Counted from the first letter of the stretch, positions 8,521 to 19,878 are shown. The stretch: 32,791 nt of DNA from Lysobacteraceae bacterium (GCA_003449195.1 DMID01000160.1:1-32791); one strand, 5' to 3'. Translations and numbers: made by a program. The notes: a model not told the origin generated them from the sequence alone.

Positions 8521-8679
8521 TTGCGTCGGGAGTGGTTCCTTCCCGGCAGACTGGCGCAACACCGCAATACAACAACAGGCACCGTCGCGCGAGCGGCGGT
8601 TTTTCATCCACCAACAGGGTGGGCGGCGCATTGCCTCGTCGGCGTGGCCGTCCGTGTGTCCAACCGAGTATTTTCAAAC
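8521..8679 (+). promoter_or_regulatory. Structured rpsA 5' leader (S1 translation-initiation/autoregulatory region)
   Basis: Three GC-rich hairpins (about 8521-8559, 8581-8600 with GCGA tetraloop, about 8618-8661) separated by A/C/U-rich linkers, and no strong SD. Resembles gammaproteobacterial rpsA leaders. Confidence 0.55.
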
Positions 8680-10368
8680 ATGACCGAATCTTTCGCAGAA
8701 CTGTTCGAACAGAGCCAGGCCAATCTGGCCAAGCTGAAGCCGGGCGCCATCGTCACCGGTACCGTCGTGGAAGTCCGCGGCGACGTCGTGGTGATCAACG
8801 CCGGCCTGAAGTCCGAAGGCATCGTGCCGATCGAACAGTTCCGTAACGACGCCGGCGAAATCGACGTGGGCGTGGGCGACCAGGTCAAGGTCGCGCTGGA
8901 TTCCATCGAGAACGGCTTCGGCGAGACCGTGCTGTCGCGCGAGAAGGCCAAGCGCGCGATGGTGTGGGACGAGCTGGAAGAAGCGCTCGAGAAGAACGAG
9001 ACCATCACCGGTCGCATCAGCGGCAAGGTGAAGGGCGGCTTCACCGTCGACATCAAGGACGTCCGCGCGTTCCTGCCGGGCTCGCTGGTCGACGTGCGCC
9101 CGGTGCGCGACCCCGCGTATCTGGAAGGCAAGGAGCTGGAGTTCAAGCTGATCAAGCTTGACCGCAAGCGCAACAACGTCGTCGTTTCGCGCCGCGCCGT
9201 GGTCGAAAGCGAGCACTCCGAAGAGCGCGAGCAGCTGCTCGAGAAGCTGGTCGAAGGCGCCGTGCTCAAGGGCGTCGTCAAGAACCTCACCGATTACGGT
9301 GCGTTCGTCGACATGGGCGGCATCGACGGCCTGCTGCACATCACCGACATGGCATGGAAGCGCGTGCGCCATCCGTCCGAGGTGGTCAACGTCGGCGACG
9401 AGCTGGAAGTGCGCGTGCTGAAGTTCGACCGCGAGCGCAACCGCGTGTCGCTGGGCCTGAAGCAGCTGGGCGAAGATCCGTGGGACAACATCGCCCGCCG
9501 CTACCCGGCCAACAGCCGCGTGTTCGGCAAGGTCTCCAACGTCACCGATTACGGCGCTTTCGTCGAGATCGAGCCGGGCGTCGAGGGTCTGGTGCACGTG
9601 TCCGAGATGGATTGGACCAACAAGAACGTCAACCCGTCCAAGGTCGTGCAGGTCGGCGACGAGGTCGAGGTGATGGTGCTGGACGTGGACGAAGAGCGTC
9701 GCCGCATCTCGCTGGGCATGAAGCAGGTTGCCGCCAATCCGTGGGAGACTTTCGCGGCCATCCACAAGAAGGGCGACAAGGTGTCCGGCCAGATCAAGTC
9801 GATCACCGATTTCGGCATCTTCATCGGCCTGGACGGCGGCATCGACGGTCTTGTGCATCTGTCCGACATCAGCTGGAACACCACCGGCGAAGACATCGTG
9901 CGCAACTTCAAGAAGGGCGACACGCTGGAAGCCGTGGTGCTGGCGGTCGATCCGGAGCGCGAGCGCATTTCGCTGGGCGTCAAGCAGCTCGAGCAGGATC
10001 CGTTCGGCCAGTACATGGCCGGTCACCCGAAGGGCTCGAAGGTTGAAGGCACCGTCAAGGAAGTGGATGCCAAGGGCGCCACGATCGACTTGGGCGATGG
10101 CGTCGAGGGCTACGTGTCCGTCCGCGACATCAGCTACGACCGTGTCGACGACGCATCGCAGGTCCTGAAGGTCGGCGAGAAGATCGAAGCCAAGTTCATC
10201 GGCATGGATCGCAAGGGCCGCAGCCTGCAGCTTTCGATCAAGGCCAAGGACGAAGCCGAGACCGCCGAAGCGCTGGCCGAGTACAACAAGACCGCCGCCG
10301 AGGCCGCGACCGGCACCACCAGCCTGGGCGCCCTGTTGCGTGCCCAGTTGGGCGGCAAGTCCGAGTAA
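8680..10368 (+). CDS. rpsA: 30S ribosomal protein S1
   Basis: [12 protein letters not shown] start and six S1 repeats (e.g. [26 protein letters not shown]). Confidence 0.99.
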   Translation: MTESFAELFEQSQANLAKLKPGAIVTGTVVEVRGDVVVINAGLKSEGIVPIEQFRNDAGEIDVGVGDQVKVALDSIENGFGETVLSREKAKRAMVWDELEEALEKNETITGRISGKVKGGFTVDIKDVRAFLPGSLVDVRPVRDPAYLEGKELEFKLIKLDRKRNNVVVSRRAVVESEHSEEREQLLEKLVEGAVLKGVVKNLTDYGAFVDMGGIDGLLHITDMAWKRVRHPSEVVNVGDELEVRVLKFDRERNRVSLGLKQLGEDPWDNIARRYPANSRVFGKVSNVTDYGAFVEIEPGVEGLVHVSEMDWTNKNVNPSKVVQVGDEVEVMVLDVDEERRRISLGMKQVAANPWETFAAIHKKGDKVSGQIKSITDFGIFIGLDGGIDGLVHLSDISWNTTGEDIVRNFKKGDTLEAVVLAVDPERERISLGVKQLEQDPFGQYMAGHPKGSKVEGTVKEVDAKGATIDLGDGVEGYVSVRDISYDRVDDASQVLKVGEKIEAKFIGMDRKGRSLQLSIKAKDEAETAEALAEYNKTAAEAATGTTSLGALLRAQLGGKSE

Positions 10369-10375
10369 GCGCAAG

Positions 10376-10438
10376 CAGTCCCGCAAGGGGCTGGCAGTTC
10401 GTCCGCGCGTCCCGTGCTTGCACGGGGCGCGCGGCTTT
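10376..10438 (+). terminator. Two hairpins after rpsA (stabiliser/terminator)
   Basis: CAGTCCC-GCAA-GGGGCTG (10376-10393) and the 14-bp stem CCGCGCGTCCCGTG-CTTG-CACGGGGCGCGCGG (10403-10434) followed by CTTT. Confidence 0.55.
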
Positions 10439-10467
10439 CATGTTGGCAGCACTTTTCGCCCGTACTG

Positions 10468-10776
10468 ATGACCAAGTCCGAACTGATCGAAATCCTGGTC
10501 CGCCGTCAGCCGCATTTGCGCGCAGACGATGTCGATCTGGCCGTCAAGTCCCTTCTCGACATGATGGGGGCTGCGCTGTCGCAGGATGAGCGGATCGAAA
10601 TCCGCGGTTTCGGCAGTTTTTCCCTGCATTTCCGTCCGCCCCGCATGGGCCGGAATCCGAAGACCGGTGCTTCCGTTGCCTTGACCGGCAAGCATGTGCC
10701 GCATTTCAAGCCGGGCAAGGAGCTGCGCGAGCGCGTCAGCGATGTCATCCCGTTGCCGGATTCCTCCGGCGGCTGA
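10468..10776 (+). CDS. ihfB: Integration host factor subunit beta
   Basis: [42 protein letters not shown]; follows rpsA. Confidence 0.97.
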   Translation: MTKSELIEILVRRQPHLRADDVDLAVKSLLDMMGAALSQDERIEIRGFGSFSLHFRPPRMGRNPKTGASVALTGKHVPHFKPGKELRERVSDVIPLPDSSGG

Positions 10777-11013
10777 GGCAGTTTCATTCGCGGCGCAGAC
10801 CGCGTGGGGCGACATCGCCTAGTCAAGCCGGTTTGGTCGCGACTCTGCTGCATTCGACAGCGTTGCCTGACGATGATGCGTGCAGGCTGCCGCCTCGCAC
10901 GGCACAATGCGCATGGTCATTTCCGGCAGCGCCAGCACTTTGCGGCACGCGTCCGGACATTGCGTCCAGCTGGCGGCGATCCGTCTGGATATTGATTCTG
11001 GAGCAGCAACACG

Positions 11014-12192
11014 ATGGAATTTCTCAACGAGTGGTTCTGGTTTTTCCTGTGCCTGCCGCTGGCGGCATTGGCCGGATGGGTGATTGGCCGCAGGGGCGGC
11101 CAGCGTCACGGAGAAAGCCAGGTCAGTCGTTTGTCCAGCACGTATTTTCGCGGCCTCAACTACCTGTTGAGCGAGCAGCCCGACAAGGCGATCGAGCTGT
11201 TCCTGCACATCGCCGAACTGGACAAGGAAACATTCGAAACCCAGGTGGCCCTCGGGCATCTCTTCCGTCGCCGCGGCGAAGTCGATCGGGCCATCCGACT
11301 GCATCAGGGGCTGGTGCAGCGCCACGATCTGAGCGACGCGCAGCGCGTGCAGGCCTTGCTCGCGCTGGGCGAGGACTACATGAAATCCGGCTTGCTTGAT
11401 CGGGCCGAAACCGTGTTTTCCGATCTGGCCAAGATCGATCAGCGTGCCCCGCAGGCGCTCAAGCACCTGATTTCGATCTATCAGGCCGAGCGCGACTGGG
11501 AAAAGGCCATCGACAATGCCGCCCGCTACGAGGAAGTGACCGGCGAACCGATGGGCAAGCTCATCGGCCAATTCGAGTGCGAGCTGGCCGAGCGGCATCG
11601 CAGTGCCGGTGATGCGGACGAAGCCCGGCGATGCGTTGCCCGGGCCTACGAAGCGGATGCCACGTCGGTGCGCGCAGGCATTTTGGAAGGGCGCATCGAA
11701 TCGGCTGCCGGCAATGACGAGGCTGCCATCCGCGCTTTCGAAAGGGCGGCACGTCACGATCCCGAGTTCCTGCCCGAGTTCATGCCGGCCCTGCTGGCGT
11801 GCTACGAGCGCGTCGGAGACTTGTCCGGTGCCCGCGCCTTCCTTGCCGAGATGACCGAGCACTATCGGGGCATCGCTCCGGTATTGGCCGTGACGCGCCT
11901 GGTGGAAGCGCAGGACGGCATTGTCGAGGCCCGGCAGTACCTGAGCACCCAGCTGAAAGACCGCCCGTCCGTGCGTGGCGAGGCTGCCCTGATAGATCTC
12001 ACGCTGGCCGGTGGTGGCGATGCAGGCGCGACCTTGAACGATCTCAAGCACATCACCGACCAATTGCTGGTCCGCAACCCGAGCTACCGTTGCACGCGTT
12101 GCGGTTTCGGTGCGAGAACCCACCACTGGCAATGCCCGAGTTGCAAGGAGTGGGGTACGGTCAAGCCGCTGCTCAACTACGCCGTGGTATGA
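11014..12192 (+). CDS. lapB: Lipopolysaccharide assembly protein B
   Basis: N-terminal TM, YFRGLNYLL, TPR repeats (LGHLFRRRGEVDRAIRLHQ) and C-terminal rubredoxin-like CTRCG...CPSC. Confidence 0.96.
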   Translation: MEFLNEWFWFFLCLPLAALAGWVIGRRGGQRHGESQVSRLSSTYFRGLNYLLSEQPDKAIELFLHIAELDKETFETQVALGHLFRRRGEVDRAIRLHQGLVQRHDLSDAQRVQALLALGEDYMKSGLLDRAETVFSDLAKIDQRAPQALKHLISIYQAERDWEKAIDNAARYEEVTGEPMGKLIGQFECELAERHRSAGDADEARRCVARAYEADATSVRAGILEGRIESAAGNDEAAIRAFERAARHDPEFLPEFMPALLACYERVGDLSGARAFLAEMTEHYRGIAPVLAVTRLVEAQDGIVEARQYLSTQLKDRPSVRGEAALIDLTLAGGGDAGATLNDLKHITDQLLVRNPSYRCTRCGFGARTHHWQCPSCKEWGTVKPLLNYAVV

Positions 12193-13214
12193 GCATGCCG
12201 TTTGCGGCATGGGCTGGCTGCGGCATTGCTGCATTCGTGCTCGCGTTCGTTGCCACGGGCCTGTTGCGCCGTTACGCGTTGTCGCGCCGGTTGCTCGATC
12301 AGCCGGACGAGCGCCGCAATCATGTCGTTCCGACGCCTCGTGGCGGTGGCCTGTCGATCGCTCTGGTGGTGCTGTTCGGTTATTGCGTTCTTGTGTGGGC
12401 GGAGCCTTCCACGGCTTTCCGCTGGGGCGGTTTCGTGCTCGGGCTGGCCATGGTGGCGGGCATTGGCTGGCTGGACGATCATCGCCCTCTTTCCGCCCGG
12501 TTGCGCCTTTGCGTGCATGCGCTGGCCGCCGGGTTGATGTCGGTCACGGCATGGAGCATCGGTGGCGGTCTGCCCGAGATGACGGTGGCATTCTGTGCGG
12601 CGATCATCCTGATCAACGTCTGGAATTTCATGGACGGTATCGACGGGCTGGCCGTCACGCAGGCGATGATCGTTTCGGCCTGCGGCCTGTGGCTTGCCGG
12701 TGCAACGGGTGCCGCCGGTGTGCTTTCCATGCTGGTGCTGGCGGGATGTGCAGGTTTTCTTCCGTGGAATTTCCCGAAAGCGCGGATATTCCTCGGCGAT
12801 GCCGGAAGCGGGGCACTGGGCTATTCGATTGCCGGCATTCTGATGGCATCGATGGCACAGGAGCGGGGAAGCGCAATGCAGCTACTCCTGCCGATGGCCG
12901 CATTCCTCGTGGACGCAGGGTGCACCTTGCTTTCCCGCATCCTGAAGCACGAAAAATGGTGGATGGCCCACAGTCAGCACACGTACCAGATGCTGGCCAG
13001 GCGCTGCGGCTCCCATGTCCGGGTGACCATCGGGTATGCGGTTTTTTCGATCAGTTGCATGACGTTCACATGGCTCCTTTCATTCTCGGGCACCAAATCG
13101 ATGTTGCCGGGCGTGATGGCCGTGTATGCGTTCGCGGCAATGCTGTGGTGGCGGATTCGGAGCGAGAGGCTCCGTTGTCCCGGGAAAACAGGCCGTAACG
13201 ACACGAATCCCTGA
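12189..13214 (+). CDS. MraY/WecA family (glycosyltransferase family 4) polyprenyl-phosphate sugar-1-phosphate transferase, WbpL-like
   Basis: PTPRGGGL, GWLDD, NFMDGIDG, NFPKARIFLGDAGS and many TM helices. ATGA overlap with the lapB stop. Confidence 0.9.
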   Translation: MSMPFAAWAGCGIAAFVLAFVATGLLRRYALSRRLLDQPDERRNHVVPTPRGGGLSIALVVLFGYCVLVWAEPSTAFRWGGFVLGLAMVAGIGWLDDHRPLSARLRLCVHALAAGLMSVTAWSIGGGLPEMTVAFCAAIILINVWNFMDGIDGLAVTQAMIVSACGLWLAGATGAAGVLSMLVLAGCAGFLPWNFPKARIFLGDAGSGALGYSIAGILMASMAQERGSAMQLLLPMAAFLVDAGCTLLSRILKHEKWWMAHSQHTYQMLARRCGSHVRVTIGYAVFSISCMTFTWLLSFSGTKSMLPGVMAVYAFAAMLWWRIRSERLRCPGKTGRNDTNP

Positions 13215-13232
13215 TTGCGAGTGAAGTCCGAC

Positions 13233-15161
13233 ATGGAAGACAGGAAGTCATATCGCTGGCCGGAATTCCACCCTCGTTTGCCGAGGGTGCTGGTCGCGTT
13301 GCATGACGTTGCGATGGTGGCCTTCTGCTGGGGCGGGCTGACCTTCATCCGCTACGGCTTGATGTCGAATGCCAGGCCGGCATGGGAGTTCGACTGGACA
13401 CAACTGGCGCTGGTGGTGCTGGCGCAAGGCGTGGTGTTCTGGAGCGTCGGCCTCTACCGGGGACTCTGGCGATTTGCCAGCGTGCCGGATCTCTGGAACA
13501 TATTGAAGGCCTGTCTGCTGGGCATGCTGGTGATCCTGCTTGTCCTGGCCATCTACAACCGGTTCGATAACGTGCCCAGGACCGTGCTGCTGGTTTATCC
13601 CATCGCCCTCACCGGGCTGCTGGGCGTGCCGAGGTTGCTGTATCGAGGATGGAAGGACCATCAGGTCAGCGGGTACGAAAAGGGTGCGCAGCGTGTGCTC
13701 ATCCTCGGTGCGGGGCGTGCGGGCGAAGCTTTGGTGCGCGATCTTCGACGTTCAGGTGCGTACGAGCCCGTGGGTTTCCTCGACGACGCCGCAAACCTTC
13801 ACGGTTCGCGGGTGCAGGGCATCCCGATCCTCGGTTCGCTGGATGAGGCCGCGTCGATTTCGCGTGAGCTTTCCGCTCGACTGCTCGTCGTGGCCATCCC
13901 TTCGCTGGATGCTGCGGGCATGCAACGGGTGATGGGAATATGCGAGCGCAGCGGTCTGCGGTTCCGGACCGTTCCTCGTCTGGAGGACGTGCTCGAGGGA
14001 CGGTCGATGCCCGGCGAGCTCAAGGAGATCCAGATCGAGGATTTGCTGGGGCGCAAGCCCGTGATGCCCGACTGGAAACTGGTGAGGAGCTGGCTTGGCG
14101 GGCGGGCGGTGCTCGTCACCGGTGCGGGCGGTTCCATCGGTTCGGAGTTGTGCAGGCAGTGCGCACGCCATGGCGTGCGGAGGATCGTCCTGCTTGAACT
14201 GGACGAGCTGGCGCTCATCACCATCCGTGCAGACCTTCGGCGTTCGTTCCCTGACCTCGAAATCGTCGCCGTGCTCGGTAATTGCGGTGATCCGGCGGTG
14301 GTCCGTCACGCGTTGAAGCTTGGTGTGCCCGATGCGGTGTTCCATGCCGCCGCCTACAAGCAGGTGCCGCTCCTCGAAGGCCAGGTGCGTGAGGCGGTCA
14401 GGAACAATTCGCTGGCCACGCACACGATCGCGAAAGCTTGCCAGGAAGCCCGGGTCGGCAGCTTCGTGCTGATTTCCACCGACAAGGCGGTCGACCCGGT
14501 CAACGTGCTCGGTGCCAGCAAGCGACTGGCCGAAATGATCTGCCAGTCGCTCGATGCCGATGAGGGCGGCACCTGTTTCACGGTGGTGCGTTTCGGCAAC
14601 GTGCTCGATTCGGCCGGAAGCGTGGTGCCCTTGTTCCGCGAGCAGATCCGCCAGGGCGGGCCGGTAACGGTCACCGACCCTGAAGTCACCCGCTATTTCA
14701 TGACCATCCCGGAAGCTTGCCAGCTGATCATCCAGGCAGCGGCCGCTTCGACGCATGGAGCCATCTACACGCTCGACATGGGCGAGCCGGTGCCGATCAG
14801 GATACTGGCCGAGCAGATGATTCGACTGACCGGCAAGCAGCCTGGCCGCGACATCGAGATTGTCTACACGGGGCTGCGTCCGGGCGAAAAACTGCACGAA
14901 ACGCTGTTTTATCCGGAGGAACACTACGGCCGGACCAGCCACCCCAAGATTTTCGAAGCCAAGGGCAAGAAAACCGTGCCCGAAGCGATCCGGCAGGGCA
15001 TTCCGCAGCTCCGAGGTGCGGTGGAGCGATACGACGAGGCCGCGTTGCGGCACATGCTCCAGGAACTGGTGCCGGAGTTTTCGCCGATGGCTCGCGACAT
15101 CGCCAAGGAACGTGTCAGTATTGTCGTTCCTTTCCCGTCACGTGATGCCCGCAGGGTCTGA
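13233..15161 (+). CDS. Membrane-anchored nucleoside-diphosphate sugar epimerase/4,6-dehydratase (WbpM/CapD/PglF-like)
   Basis: N-terminal TMs, GAGRAG, VTGAGGSIGSELCRQ, HAAAYKQVP, STDKAV, RFGNV, GLRPGEKL. The start could be 13215 or 13221. Confidence 0.92.
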   Translation: MEDRKSYRWPEFHPRLPRVLVALHDVAMVAFCWGGLTFIRYGLMSNARPAWEFDWTQLALVVLAQGVVFWSVGLYRGLWRFASVPDLWNILKACLLGMLVILLVLAIYNRFDNVPRTVLLVYPIALTGLLGVPRLLYRGWKDHQVSGYEKGAQRVLILGAGRAGEALVRDLRRSGAYEPVGFLDDAANLHGSRVQGIPILGSLDEAASISRELSARLLVVAIPSLDAAGMQRVMGICERSGLRFRTVPRLEDVLEGRSMPGELKEIQIEDLLGRKPVMPDWKLVRSWLGGRAVLVTGAGGSIGSELCRQCARHGVRRIVLLELDELALITIRADLRRSFPDLEIVAVLGNCGDPAVVRHALKLGVPDAVFHAAAYKQVPLLEGQVREAVRNNSLATHTIAKACQEARVGSFVLISTDKAVDPVNVLGASKRLAEMICQSLDADEGGTCFTVVRFGNVLDSAGSVVPLFREQIRQGGPVTVTDPEVTRYFMTIPEACQLIIQAAAASTHGAIYTLDMGEPVPIRILAEQMIRLTGKQPGRDIEIVYTGLRPGEKLHETLFYPEEHYGRTSHPKIFEAKGKKTVPEAIRQGIPQLRGAVERYDEAALRHMLQELVPEFSPMARDIAKERVSIVVPFPSRDARRV

Positions 15162-16058
15162 ATGAGCAAGAGAATCCGTCATGCCGTGTTCCCGGTGGCC
15201 GGCCTCGGCACCCGTTTCCTGCCGGCGACCAAGACCGTCCCCAAGGAGATGCTGCCGATCGTCGACCGGCCGCTGATCCAGTATGCGGTCGATGAAGCCA
15301 TCGAAGCCGGTTGCGACACGCTGGTGTTTGTCACCAACCGTTACAAGCATGCGGTCGCCGATTATTTCGACAAGGCTTACGAGCTGGAACAAAAGCTTGA
15401 AAAGGCCGGCAAGGCCGCGCAGCTGGAAATGATCCGGCATGTATTGCCGTCGAACGTCCGTGCGGTTTTCGTGACCCAGACCGAAGCGCTCGGGCTGGGC
15501 CATGCAGTGCTGTGCGCCAAGGCCATCGTCGGCGACAACCCGTTCGCGGTGTTGTTGCCGGACGACTTGATCTGGAACCGTGGGCCAGGAGCCCTGGCGC
15601 AGATGGCCGATGCCGCTGAAAAGAGCGGCGCCAGCATGATTGCCGTCGAGGACGTGCCGCACGAGCAGACCGCCAGCTACGGCATCGTCGCCACCGATCC
15701 GTTCGAGGGGCATCAGGGCCGGATCCGCGCGATCGTCGAAAAGCCCAAGCCGGAGGTCGCTCCGAGCGACTTGGCAGTCGTGGGGCGCTACGTGCTCGAT
15801 TCGAGGATCTTCGGTTTGCTGGAAAGCACGGCTCCCGGTGCCGGTGGCGAAATCCAGCTGACCGATGCCATCGCCGCCCTGTTGAAGGAAAAAGAAGTGG
15901 ATGCCTACCGCTTCGAGGGCAAGCGTTTCGACTGCGGCAATCACCTCGGCCTGATCGAGGCGACCATCCGCTATGCCATGGATCACGCCAAGCTGCGTGA
16001 CGCGACGGCACGGATCATGCGCGAGGCTTTGGCGGACACGAGTACCCCGATGCACTGA
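15162..16058 (+). CDS. galU: UTP--glucose-1-phosphate uridylyltransferase
   Basis: PVAGLGTRFLPATK, PKEMLPIVDRP, VEKP, GEIQLTDAI. Confidence 0.97.
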   Translation: MSKRIRHAVFPVAGLGTRFLPATKTVPKEMLPIVDRPLIQYAVDEAIEAGCDTLVFVTNRYKHAVADYFDKAYELEQKLEKAGKAAQLEMIRHVLPSNVRAVFVTQTEALGLGHAVLCAKAIVGDNPFAVLLPDDLIWNRGPGALAQMADAAEKSGASMIAVEDVPHEQTASYGIVATDPFEGHQGRIRAIVEKPKPEVAPSDLAVVGRYVLDSRIFGLLESTAPGAGGEIQLTDAIAALLKEKEVDAYRFEGKRFDCGNHLGLIEATIRYAMDHAKLRDATARIMREALADTSTPMH

Positions 16059-16117
16059 TGCTTGCGGCGACCGTCCGGGCCTGCGTGCGATGGTTCGACG
16101 CATCGGCATCGTGAAAC

Positions 16118-16149
16118 GAAAAGGGCGGCCTGGATTGGCCGCCCTTTTC
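16118..16149. terminator. Bidirectional Rho-independent terminator between convergent galU and fadA
   Basis: GAAAAGGGCGGCC-TGGATT-GGCCGCCCTTTTC perfect 13-bp stem whose A/T-rich base supplies a U-tract on either strand. Confidence 0.85.
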
Positions 16150-16172
16150 ATTGGTACGGGAAAACGTGTGGG

Positions 16173-17381
<1,209 letters not shown>

Positions 17382-17392
17382 GGGTCAAACTC

Positions 17393-17469
17393 CGGGAATT
17401 CGGGATTCGTGGACGGGATTCGGCGGGGATGGCCGGCACGCCCTGGGCGGCCGGCGGTTTCCACGAATC
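17393..17469. repeat. Intergenic GGGA(A)TTC-type short repeats plus nested inverted repeats
   Basis: CGGGAATTCG (17393), CGGGATTCG (17401, 17414). GATTCGTGGA (17404-17413) is the reverse complement of TCCACGAATC (17460-17469). Confidence 0.55.
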
Positions 17470-19842
17470 TCAGTTGCGCAGCGGCTTGCCCGTCTTGAGC
17501 ATGTGGACGATGCGCGCCTGGGTCTTTTCCTGCTGGGCCAGCTCGACGAAATGGCGGCGCTCAAGGTTGAGCAGCCACTCTTCATCCACCAGCGTGCCGC
17601 GGTCGACCTCGCCACCGCACAGCACGGTGGCGATGCGGGTGGCGATTTCGTAGTCGTACTCGCTGATGAAACGGCCTTCCAGCATGTTGACCAGCATCAT
17701 CTTGAAGGTGGCGATGCCGACGTCGCCGGCCACCGGGATGCGGCGGGCCGGCAGCGGCGGACGGTAGCCGCCCTCGTGCAGGGCCAGCGCCTCCTGCTTG
17801 GCGATGTACAGCGATTCGAAGGCGTTGAACACCACCTTGTCGGTCGGCCGCACCAGACCCAGCTCCTTGGCATTGACCGCCGAGTTGGACACCTTGGCCA
17901 TCGCCACGGTCTCGAAGACCTTCTTCAGCTCGGCGAACACGTCGCCGCCCGGGCCGGCCGCCTGCGCAGCGCGCACGGCGATTTCCTTCAGGCCGCCGCC
18001 TGCCGGCAGCAGGCCAACACCGGCTTCGACCAGACCTATGTAGCTCTCCAGTGCGACCACCGCCTTGGCGCTGTGCATCTGGAACTCGCAGCCACCGCCC
18101 AGTGCGAGGCCACGCACGGCGGCCACCACCGGCACCAGCGCGTACTTGATGCGCTGGCTGGTGCGCTGGAAGTTGGCCACGGTGGCCTCGAATTCGGCGA
18201 TTTTGCCCGCCTGCAAGGCTTCGACGGCGGAGGACAGGTTGGCGCCGGCGGAGAACGGCTCGTTCGGCTGCCAGATCACCACGCCCTTGAACTGCTGCTC
18301 GGCAATGCCGATGGCTTCCTGCAGGCCGTCGAGCACGTCGTCGGAGACGGTGTTCATCTTGGTCTTGAAGCTGACCACGCCGATGCCGTCGCCGTCGGTC
18401 CACAAGCGCACGCCGTCGTTCTCGTAGACGGTCTCGCCCTGGACGGGTTTTTCGCCCAGCATCGGGTCGGGGAAGCGCTGGCGCTTGTACACTGGCAAGG
18501 CCGAGCGCGGCACGAGGGCATTCTTGGTCGGGCTGTAGCTGCCGTCGGCGGCGTGCACGCCGTCACGGCCGTCCAGCACCCACGCCGGCAACGGCGCGCT
18601 GCTCATGGCCTTGCCCGCCGCAATGTCTTCGGCCACCCATTGCGCCACCTGCTTCCAGCCGGCGGCCTGCCAGGTTTCGAACGGGCCGAGCTTCCAGCCG
18701 TAGCCCCAGCGGATGGCCTGATCGACGTCGCGCGCGGTGTCGGCGATGTCGGCCAGGTGATAGGCGGTGTAGTGGAACAGGTCACGGAAGCAGGCCCACA
18801 GGAACTGCGCCTGCGGATGCTGGCTCTCACGCAACTTGGCGAACTTCTCGGCCGGGTTCTTGATCTTGAGGATCTCGATCACTTCCGGCGCGGCAACGCG
18901 GTCGGCCGGGCGGTAGTCCTGCTTGGCCAGATCCAGCACGACGATGTCCTTGCCGACCTTGCGGAAAATGCCGGCGCCGGTCTTCTGGCCCAGTGCGCCC
19001 TTGTCGATCAAGGCCTGCAACCAGGCGGGCTGGCCGAAGAACTGGTGCCACGGGTCGTCGGGCAGCAGGTCCTGCATGGTCTTGATGACGTGGGCCATCG
19101 TGTCCAGGCCGACCACGTCGGAGGTACGGTAGGTGGCCGACTTCGGCCGGCCGAGCAGGGGGCCGGTCAGCGCGTCCACTTCATCGAAGCCAAGGCCGCT
19201 CTGCTGGGTGTGGTGGATCACCGACAGGATCGAGAACACGCCGATGCGGTTGCCGATGAAGTTCGGGGTGTCCTTGGCGTACACCACGCCCTTGCCCAGG
19301 TACGTGGTCAGGAAGGATTCCAGCCCTTCCAGCACGGCCTGGTCGGTGGTCTTGGCCGGGATCAGCTCGGCCAGATGCATGTAGCGCGGCGGGTTGAAGA
19401 AATGCACGCCGCAGAAACGGTGGCGCAGCTGCTCGGGCAGCACGTCGGCCAGCTTGTTGATGCCCAGGCCGGAGGTGTTGGAGGCGAGGACCGCGTGGTC
19501 GTTCACGAACGGGGCGATCTTCCTGTACAGGTCCTGCTTCCAGTCCATCCGTTCGGCGATGGCCTCGATGATCAGGTCGCAGCCGCGCAGCTGGTCCAGG
19601 CTGCTGTCGTAATTGCCGGGGACGATGGCCTCGGCCAGCGCCTTGCTGGCCAGCGGCGCGGGGCTGAGCTTGCCGAGGTTGGCAATGGCCTTGAGCACGA
19701 TGCCGTCGGCGGGGCCTTCCTTGGCGGCAAGGTCGAACAGCACGGTATCGACGCCGGCATTGGTCAGGTGGGCGGCGATCTGCGCGCCCATCACGCCGGC
19801 ACCGAGTACGGCGGCACGACGGACGAGGAGGTTGTTGGACAT
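17470..19842 (-). CDS. 3-hydroxyacyl-CoA dehydrogenase/enoyl-CoA hydratase (FadN-type domain order, FadB-like function)
   Basis: N-terminal VLGAGVMG, EAIAE, ASNTS, HFFNPP; C-terminal crotonase FSAGANL, ALGGGCE, LVEAGVGLLP. Confidence 0.93.
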   Translation of the reverse strand: MSNNLLVRRAAVLGAGVMGAQIAAHLTNAGVDTVLFDLAAKEGPADGIVLKAIANLGKLSPAPLASKALAEAIVPGNYDSSLDQLRGCDLIIEAIAERMDWKQDLYRKIAPFVNDHAVLASNTSGLGINKLADVLPEQLRHRFCGVHFFNPPRYMHLAELIPAKTTDQAVLEGLESFLTTYLGKGVVYAKDTPNFIGNRIGVFSILSVIHHTQQSGLGFDEVDALTGPLLGRPKSATYRTSDVVGLDTMAHVIKTMQDLLPDDPWHQFFGQPAWLQALIDKGALGQKTGAGIFRKVGKDIVVLDLAKQDYRPADRVAAPEVIEILKIKNPAEKFAKLRESQHPQAQFLWACFRDLFHYTAYHLADIADTARDVDQAIRWGYGWKLGPFETWQAAGWKQVAQWVAEDIAAGKAMSSAPLPAWVLDGRDGVHAADGSYSPTKNALVPRSALPVYKRQRFPDPMLGEKPVQGETVYENDGVRLWTDGDGIGVVSFKTKMNTVSDDVLDGLQEAIGIAEQQFKGVVIWQPNEPFSAGANLSSAVEALQAGKIAEFEATVANFQRTSQRIKYALVPVVAAVRGLALGGGCEFQMHSAKAVVALESYIGLVEAGVGLLPAGGGLKEIAVRAAQAAGPGGDVFAELKKVFETVAMAKVSNSAVNAKELGLVRPTDKVVFNAFESLYIAKQEALALHEGGYRPPLPARRIPVAGDVGIATFKMMLVNMLEGRFISEYDYEIATRIATVLCGGEVDRGTLVDEEWLLNLERRHFVELAQQEKTQARIVHMLKTGKPLRN

Positions 19843-19878
19843 GTCGTAGTGGCCTTTGGCGATGAAAGGTGGAGGGGG

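Noticed and set aside
8674..10386. 570-aa antisense ORF over rpsA, and similar antisense ORFs over lapB, rlmN, bamB and der
   Set aside because: Shadow ORFs of conserved housekeeping genes.
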